Source of the DNA: a virus
DNA: 64,000 nt
Strand: one strand, 5' to 3'
IMG/VR virus record: IMGVR_UViG_3300036981_000255
Span: 1-64,000 of that record
Part shown: positions 58,176-64,000 of the stretch, piece by piece
How the letters are laid out: every line of letters begins with the position of its first letter
Position numbering within the stretch: the stretch's first letter is position 1
Translations under genes and position numbers: made by a program
The notes under the pieces: generated by a model
The model's input: the letters and a program-made list of their open reading frames with translations, nothing else
What the model was told of the DNA's origin: nothing
Database searches by the model: none

Positions 58176-58522
58176 TGTTTAAATTCGTTTAAAACAGTTT
58201 CAATTTTACTTAGATTTTCGCCAGAAATTGAAGAAGTTTCATCATCACCATTTTCAGATAATACCCTAATCATGCAAAATTTTGCAAAATTTAACTTGTC
58301 TTGAGAATTTGATTTTAAATATGATGATAATTCTTTAAATCTATTGATTAATTCACTGAAAATCATGTCTGTATCTTTGACATTAGCTGGAACTCGCATT
58401 GTAAAACTTTGACCGCCTGTATCGCATAATCGTTTTAATTCTTCCAAAGCCAATTCTATGAGTTCGTTGTTTGTCATATTGACTCGTGCTTCGTCAAAAA
58501 TTTCTGTTAATGTTTTTTGCAT
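58172..58522 (-). CDS. Hypothetical protein
   Basis: 116-aa ORF. Confidence 0.7.
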   Translation of the reverse strand: MQKTLTEIFDEARVNMTNNELIELALEELKRLCDTGGQSFTMRVPANVKDTDMIFSELINRFKELSSYLKSNSQDKLNFAKFCMIRVLSENGDDETSSISGENLSKIETVLNEFKQ

Positions 58523-58673
58523 GTTTGTTATTATCTACTAAATTTTTTAGAATTATCTTTCGGATACAATACTTTCATCAATTTCTTCCACTCTTTGTCG
58601 GAAATATCTTTTGATGTTAAACTTGTATCATCAGAATTTGTCAAGTTTTTGTTTTCGTTGTCGGTCATTATTA

Positions 58674-59078
58674 TTAAATCAGTTTATTTTTTTCCCAATA
58701 TTTTTTTATTTCTGGTGATTGCTTTATTGGTGAAGGTTTAATTTTTTCGCCAATAGCATCTTCAATAAATTTATATAAATATGTTGCTAACCCTAATCTT
58801 CGATACTCTGGTTGTATTCGGATATTATCTAAATACACACCATCAAAATTAGAATCATAATCATTTAACGATGCCGACCCAACTTCACCAACACCATCAA
58901 CTTCGATGACGAATTTTTTACTATGGTTAAGTTTCAAAAAATTATAAATCACACCATTAATATTTAACCTTTTCCATATTGAAATCATGTCTAAATCATC
59001 TTTATTTAAAGGCATAGATTCAAAACCTTCACTTATAGTGACATGTAATATTCCGTTTATAAATTTTCTTATGTTCAT
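58674..59078 (-). CDS. GNAT-family acetyltransferase
   Basis: IRIQPEYRRLGLATYLY motif A; IRKF...ISE leader. Confidence 0.8.
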   Translation of the reverse strand: MNIRKFINGILHVTISEGFESMPLNKDDLDMISIWKRLNINGVIYNFLKLNHSKKFVIEVDGVGEVGSASLNDYDSNFDGVYLDNIRIQPEYRRLGLATYLYKFIEDAIGEKIKPSPIKQSPEIKKYWEKNKLI

Positions 59079-59080
59079 AG

Positions 59081-60475
59081 TTACAATTTAGCAATCAAGT
59101 CTCGAATATTTGCAGGAACTCCAACCAATGACAAAATCTGTAACTGTTGATTTTTCACCATCTCCAATGACCTTCCAACTTGGTCTTCCAATATTAGTTG
59201 AGTTACATATTTGATAACCAACTTCAAAAGAAATTCGACCAACAAAGGAAGCAGGGCATCTCTGATGATTTCAATAATAAATTGCGTATTTTGTTGCAAG
59301 AAATCATCAAATCCGATAAATCCTATGGTGTTGGAAACTATTTTGAAATACGTGACGAACAAAAACATAATTTTTGGTGCAAACACAATATTCGCCAAGG
59401 CTTGCAGGATTCCTTTGAATAATTGCTCGAAGAAGTCTAAATTGCCATATTTTTGATTGGCTGGGTCAAGATTTTGTGTGGCTTGCGCAGATAACACCGA
59501 GAAACGATTGTCCAAAGTTGTTTTGATTTCTACCAAACTCGAAGTTGCCTGTAAAGCAACGTGAGTGTCATACAAATCGTCAAAATTAACAAAACTTGAG
59601 ATATAATTACAATCCTTTAGAACTCTTCGTCCATTAGACCTTTCATCAATCCTTTGATTTATATAGTCCAAATCATCAGCCGTAAATGTGAAGTAACTAT
59701 CGTCAATAATAGTGTCTGGAAGGTCAACTACTTTGTTCACAAGCGTTTGCAATTGAACTTCTGCTTGAATAGTCTGTGGACTTTTATTCAAAAATGCTGC
59801 TATCGTTCCAAAAATAGTGTCAAAAATATTATTGATTAATGTTGGCAACGTGAAAAGTACAATGCTGTCCACAAACGTATTGATAAAAGAGTTAACTGTT
59901 TTTCCAGTCCACGAACTATCAATTTTGACGTTGAAAACGTTTGATTTTAATACACCATCAACGATTCCCTGTTGTTGAAAAGTTACAACCAAAAGACTTT
60001 TCCAAGTTCCATTGTTTCCTTGTAAAATCCCATGAAGAAATTTGTTCAAGTCTTGGTCGATATTGCCGTATATCATTTGACCTGCAACGGACGTTGGATT
60101 TACTTTCAGTATTTCAAAGAAATCTATTTGACTGACTGCAACGTTAAATCCAACACCAGAGCCGTCAATCAAAGAAGCAGGAATCAAGGCATCAATGCTA
60201 CACGAAAACTTACTTTTCATGATTCGCTTCAACACTTTTTTGATATTTGCTTCGATTGTTGCAGTGTTATAAGTCAAAAAACGAATTAACTCTTCTTTGA
60301 TTTGCTCAAATCCAACGACTGTTTTCAATAAATCCAAAAGAAAATCTGTGGCATTCGCCTTATTGTTCAAAGAAGGAAACGAAGAACCAAAATCCAATTC
60401 TGGAAAGCCGTTGTTCAAGCTTTTTAAAGCCGAAACTTGATTTAATAAACTGCTTTTTTGGTCGAATAATGACAT
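59081..60475 (-). CDS. Probable structural protein
   Basis: 464 aa with a hydrophobic helical C-terminus, in the baseplate region. Confidence 0.6.
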   Translation of the reverse strand: MSLFDQKSSLLNQVSALKSLNNGFPELDFGSSFPSLNNKANATDFLLDLLKTVVGFEQIKEELIRFLTYNTATIEANIKKVLKRIMKSKFSCSIDALIPASLIDGSGVGFNVAVSQIDFFEILKVNPTSVAGQMIYGNIDQDLNKFLHGILQGNNGTWKSLLVVTFQQQGIVDGVLKSNVFNVKIDSSWTGKTVNSFINTFVDSIVLFTLPTLINNIFDTIFGTIAAFLNKSPQTIQAEVQLQTLVNKVVDLPDTIIDDSYFTFTADDLDYINQRIDERSNGRRVLKDCNYISSFVNFDDLYDTHVALQATSSLVEIKTTLDNRFSVLSAQATQNLDPANQKYGNLDFFEQLFKGILQALANIVFAPKIMFLFVTYFKIVSNTIGFIGFDDFLQQNTQFIIEIIRDALLPLLVEFLLKLVIKYVTQLILEDQVGRSLEMVKNQQLQILSLVGVPANIRDLIAKL

Positions 60476-60532
60476 TGGTTATTATTTATTTACTACCTGT
60501 TGCAAGTTTTGTGTTTTTAGTGAATAAAATTA

Positions 60533-61519
60533 TTATACCCATAAGATTCGTGTATGGGTGTCTTTTGAAATTTTTTCTTCTGTTAATTTTCCATTTTTTG
60601 AAATAGTTATTGTTTGAAGTTGCATATTATCAGAACACTCTAAATGTGTTAATTCAAGGTTGTTTGATAAATCAAGGTTTTCTAAAGAATTTTTACAACA
60701 TACTAAAAACCTAAGTTTCAAATTTTTCGTTAAATCTAAAGATTTTAATTTATTTTCATTACAACATAACACTTCGAGTTCAAGGTTATTCAAAGTGTTT
60801 AACTTTTTTAAAGAATTATAATTAACGCTTAGTTTGATTAGGTTTGTATTTTCACTTAAATCAATATCTGTTAAGAAATTGGAATTAACATCTAATGAAT
60901 ATAAAATTTTATTTTTCGACACATCAAGAGATTCTAATTGATTGTTAGTGCAACACAATATTTCCAAGTTAACATTATTAGAAACATTGATTTCTTCTAA
61001 TAAATTATTAGAACAAGATAACCACGTTAAGTTTAAACTCCCCTCCACATTGATTCTTTTTAATCTGTTATGTGAACAGAATATTTTTTTAAGATTAACT
61101 AACAAATGGAAATTTTCTGGAAAAGACTTTAAGTATTTATATGAAAAATCCAATTCTTTGATACTGGTAATCCAATCAACTTGTTCTTGTAAATCCCAAG
61201 ATTTTATGTTAATTCCAATTGTATCAAATAATTCGATAATGTCTTGGTAATCTGATTGTTTTTTATCTGTTTTTTCCGAAATTAACTTTTTTATAAATGA
61301 GGGTTGAGTTAAGTTGGAATTTTTTGAAACATAAATTATTTCGTAATCTTTTTCTGAAATAAAAGTGGACATTCCAATATTTTCACAAACAGTAAATTTA
61401 CCATCTTCCATAAAACCTTGATATGGTAAATTTTCAAAGAAAACCTTCCCTTTTTTAAAGTTGTTGGAAAAATTGACTACATTGTTTAATAAAATTATTC
61501 CTTTTACTAATTTATTCAT
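60533..61519 (-). CDS. Leucine-rich repeat protein
   Basis: 21-aa repeats LxxLxCxxNxLxxLDLSxN. Confidence 0.88.
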   Translation of the reverse strand: MNKLVKGIILLNNVVNFSNNFKKGKVFFENLPYQGFMEDGKFTVCENIGMSTFISEKDYEIIYVSKNSNLTQPSFIKKLISEKTDKKQSDYQDIIELFDTIGINIKSWDLQEQVDWITSIKELDFSYKYLKSFPENFHLLVNLKKIFCSHNRLKRINVEGSLNLTWLSCSNNLLEEINVSNNVNLEILCCTNNQLESLDVSKNKILYSLDVNSNFLTDIDLSENTNLIKLSVNYNSLKKLNTLNNLELEVLCCNENKLKSLDLTKNLKLRFLVCCKNSLENLDLSNNLELTHLECSDNMQLQTITISKNGKLTEEKISKDTHTRILWV

Positions 61520-61577
61520 TATTTTAGTTGTTTTTTATTGTTAAAAATTAAACATTTCATAAGATTCTACAACTTTA

Positions 61578-61603
61578 AACCATTAGATTTCAAATTAAGT
61601 TCC
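61578..61603 (-). promoter_or_regulatory. GGAACT-N17-GTT promoter motif
   Basis: Upstream of the LRR gene. Confidence 0.7.
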
Positions 61604-61627
61604 TTTGAACACGTATAATACAGCAAA

Positions 61628-62026
61628 CTATTTTTTAGGTGTCAATTGTGATAAATCATAAACGTTTTCTTTCTTACGATTGTCAGCCATCAAACGAATT
61701 TCATTAATGTCCAATGATGATAGACCAATCTTTGAATCATCTGTATCATCGTTGTCAGCAACTACTTGTGATTTTGACGTTATCAATTTGGCTTGAATCT
61801 GAAGAAGTTTTGTTTTTTTGTCCAAAATATCATTTAAAAGTCGCATGGAATCGTTTTCCAATTTCCCAAGGTTACATAATTCATCAATGTCTGTTGGCGC
61901 AAACAATTTGCCACGTTTGTCCATTGTGTCTGTAATGATTTTTTTCTGTTCATCACAGTCAATAAAAACCTCTTGCATTGCTTCTAACAATGATTCAGTG
62001 TTGTCTTCGAGTTTTCGTTTTGCCAT
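61628..62026 (-). CDS. Helical hypothetical protein (likely start MAKRK)
   Basis: Internal ATG directly after the 62031 stop. Confidence 0.65.
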   Translation of the reverse strand: MAKRKLEDNTESLLEAMQEVFIDCDEQKKIITDTMDKRGKLFAPTDIDELCNLGKLENDSMRLLNDILDKKTKLLQIQAKLITSKSQVVADNDDTDDSKIGLSSLDINEIRLMADNRKKENVYDLSQLTPKK

Positions 62027-62030
62027 TTTT

Positions 62031-62552
62031 TTATTTAATTGGAATAAAATAGTCTTTTTGAAACGGGATTTCAGTTGAATTTTGAATAGTTGGAATAACA
62101 ACCACATTACTTGGTGAAATTGTAATGAAAGGTTCTAGTATTTCGTCTGCGCCATAATTGAAAAGACCAAAATTTATCTTTTTTATTTTGCTACTTTCAA
62201 CCAAAAACTTTTGAACCACCACGCCAGTTGGGTCACATAAATCAATTTCAATAACAAACGATTGGTCACCATATTGTTGAACAAATTTATCTAAAATTGT
62301 GATTGTTGGTGGAGCAATAAATGCTCTAAAGTGAATTGTAATATCAGCCCAGTTATTATCGTTATATTCAATTGGTGATAATTTAGAAACCGACCATGGA
62401 GGTAAATCAACATCTGCTGGAAATCTCACAATAAATCTATTGGCTTGCATTGGTTCGTAAAGATGAAATAAACCTGCGCTGTGCTTTTCCTTATAACTTT
62501 TACTAAAAAAACCTTTGATTTTCTGGAATATCTTTTGTACCATTGTTTGCAT
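62031..62552 (-). CDS. Second tail-tube-like (gp19 paralog) protein
   Basis: EPMQANRFIVRFPADV...WADITI...DLCDPTGVVVQKF...FGLFNYG aligns by eye with 41488-41979. Confidence 0.75.
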   Translation of the reverse strand: MQTMVQKIFQKIKGFFSKSYKEKHSAGLFHLYEPMQANRFIVRFPADVDLPPWSVSKLSPIEYNDNNWADITIHFRAFIAPPTITILDKFVQQYGDQSFVIEIDLCDPTGVVVQKFLVESSKIKKINFGLFNYGADEILEPFITISPSNVVVIPTIQNSTEIPFQKDYFIPIK

Positions 62553-62595
62553 TTGTTATAAATATTTGTTCCAATTGTTTTTGTTTGTGTAAAAA

Positions 62596-63336
62596 TCACA
62601 AATCATTTTTATAATCTTGATTGATTTTTTCACGTTTTCTATTGAAATACAATGCTTTGAACTTCTTTAGATTTTCTCGAATGTCTTTAGTATTTAAACC
62701 TGTGACACATCTTAGGCATTCCAAGACTTGGTTTTTGTTGTAATTTTTTCCACCGTCATCAAAGACAGATTCCCAATTTTCCATCAGTTCTATGATTGCA
62801 TAACCGAGAAGTTCTTCTGAATCGCTCAAATATCCTGTGTCATCGTTTGTTGCCAAAGTTTCTTTGATAATGTCAATGTACTGGTAGAAGAAATCTCTCA
62901 TGGCATTCGTTTCAGTTTCAATAGTGTATGAATATTTTTCATCTTCTATCAAAACGTCCACTTTACTTTCGTAAGATGTTTGCCTTATTTTTCTTTGGAC
63001 TTCTTTTTGTCTTCTGCCGATTAAATCATTTTTGATGATTGTACCATAATAAGAATATGCCTTTGCGCCATTCGATGGGTCAAACAAATCTATTTTGGTG
63101 TGCAAGAAACTTAACGTTTCAAACATCAAATCGTCAAACGTTATTTCTTCACTCCACAATTTGTATCTGTTAATAATACTTTCAACCATTTTGAATAGTG
63201 GTTGCGCAAGATATTTTTCATAAATTTCATTGCGTACCACATCATCGTCACTGTTGAGGTATTGAATAACAGCTTCTTCTTGCGGAGTGTCAAAATATCG
63301 TACTTGGGTTCGAGGTCTCCCTCTTGGTTTTTTCAT
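62596..63336 (-). CDS. Phage sigma-factor-like protein (gp55-like candidate)
   Basis: Region-2-like DDLMFETLSFL..KIDLFDPSNGAKAYSYYGTIIKN. Confidence 0.65.
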   Translation of the reverse strand: MKKPRGRPRTQVRYFDTPQEEAVIQYLNSDDDVVRNEIYEKYLAQPLFKMVESIINRYKLWSEEITFDDLMFETLSFLHTKIDLFDPSNGAKAYSYYGTIIKNDLIGRRQKEVQRKIRQTSYESKVDVLIEDEKYSYTIETETNAMRDFFYQYIDIIKETLATNDDTGYLSDSEELLGYAIIELMENWESVFDDGGKNYNKNQVLECLRCVTGLNTKDIRENLKKFKALYFNRKREKINQDYKNDL

Positions 63337-63374
63337 TTTTTATTGGTTAGTAAATAGTTTGTTTTTGCCAATCG

Positions 63375-63617
63375 TCATTTAGTAAATTTAACTTTACCAT
63401 CACTAATTGATTGTAGCATTTTTTGCCCATAATCTTTTAATAATTGTTCACGTGAAATTGACCAACCTATTGGTGGCATCGAATAATCTTCAAAATATGT
63501 GAATCTAATCATTCCTGTCATGTTATCACCACCATTTCGTTTTTCACCATTTGGCAATTCACATTCAAAAACACCATTTCCAAGATGTGTTGCGATATAT
63601 TCTAATTGATTTTCCAT
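63375..63617 (-). CDS. Hypothetical protein
   Basis: 80-aa ORF. Confidence 0.65.
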   Translation of the reverse strand: MENQLEYIATHLGNGVFECELPNGEKRNGGDNMTGMIRFTYFEDYSMPPIGWSISREQLLKDYGQKMLQSISDGKVKFTK

Positions 63618-63641
63618 TGTTATATTTTATTTATTAAAAAA

Positions 63642-64000
63642 TTACGCAAAAGCAATTTCACGGTCATAGTCAAAATGGTACTCTTTTTTGGCTGCGTCAT
63701 ACCAGAACTTTGTTTCTGTGATAGGCATATCTTTTGTTTGTGAAAAAATTGAACCTTCACGTCCATTGATGTGTTCGTAGATGAATTTTGGAATAACGTA
63801 GAAAGTTTTACCAACATTCAACATTCTTAGCAAAAACTCATAATCATGGAATTTCACCATAGACTTTTTGAATCCACCGACTTGCAAAAATGCAGACTTT
63901 CTGATTGTTGCGCCAGTTAAACTATACATGTGGAAATTGTGTGTTTTGGCATTTTTAAGGTCGAAATGACCAAATTTTTCCATGTGACCTAAAGACCAAA
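63642..64000 (-). CDS. Glycosyltransferase family 2-like protein, C-terminal part (runs off the window)
   Basis: IRKSAFLQVGGF...DYEFLLRM...VIPKFIYEH..REGS. Confidence 0.7.
   Translation of the reverse strand, partial: WSLGHMEKFGHFDLKNAKTHNFHMYSLTGATIRKSAFLQVGGFKKSMVKFHDYEFLLRMLNVGKTFYVIPKFIYEHINGREGSIFSQTKDMPITETKFWYDAAKKEYHFDYDREIAFA

Noticed and set aside
6238-62078. Many short plus-strand ORFs overlapping long minus-strand genes
   Set aside because: Antisense shadows with no motifs or promoter support; only the tnpB genes and 52364-54989 are credible on the plus strand.

Overview
AT-rich segment of a large T4-like (contractile-tailed) jumbo phage genome, almost all genes on the minus strand. 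The host is probably Bacteroidota (Q-rule signal peptides, a T9SS-cargo-like FN3 domain, A-rich start contexts without Shine-Dalgarno). Left part: accessory ORFs, class Ia ribonucleotide reductase (intein in NrdA), DnaB/gp41-like helicase with an Ala1 class-3 intein, a free-standing endonuclease and a 5'-3' exonuclease. Middle and right: baseplate, tape measure, tail chaperone, tail tube, sheath, portal, gp5-like spike, sigma-like factor, plus small effector-like genes. The standout is a pair of transposase-less TnpB/omegaRNA elements (about 1228-2663 and 39546-41046) whose insertion sites can be rebuilt by hand. Both empty sites read AGTC at the junction (candidate TAM; TC shared with the right end, IS607-like). 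Element 1 splits a 73-aa gene in frame. Element 2 sits in the last codons of an old tail-tube allele that has since been replaced by a divergent allele keeping the TAM and only a 7-nt seed match to the guide. Both elements carry the phage's own promoter motifs (sense TATTTATA and an outward GGAACT-N17-GTT). Together this suggests a phage-adapted RNA-guided homing or phage-versus-phage system aimed at an essential virion gene. All calls come from reading the sequence; no database searches were run.
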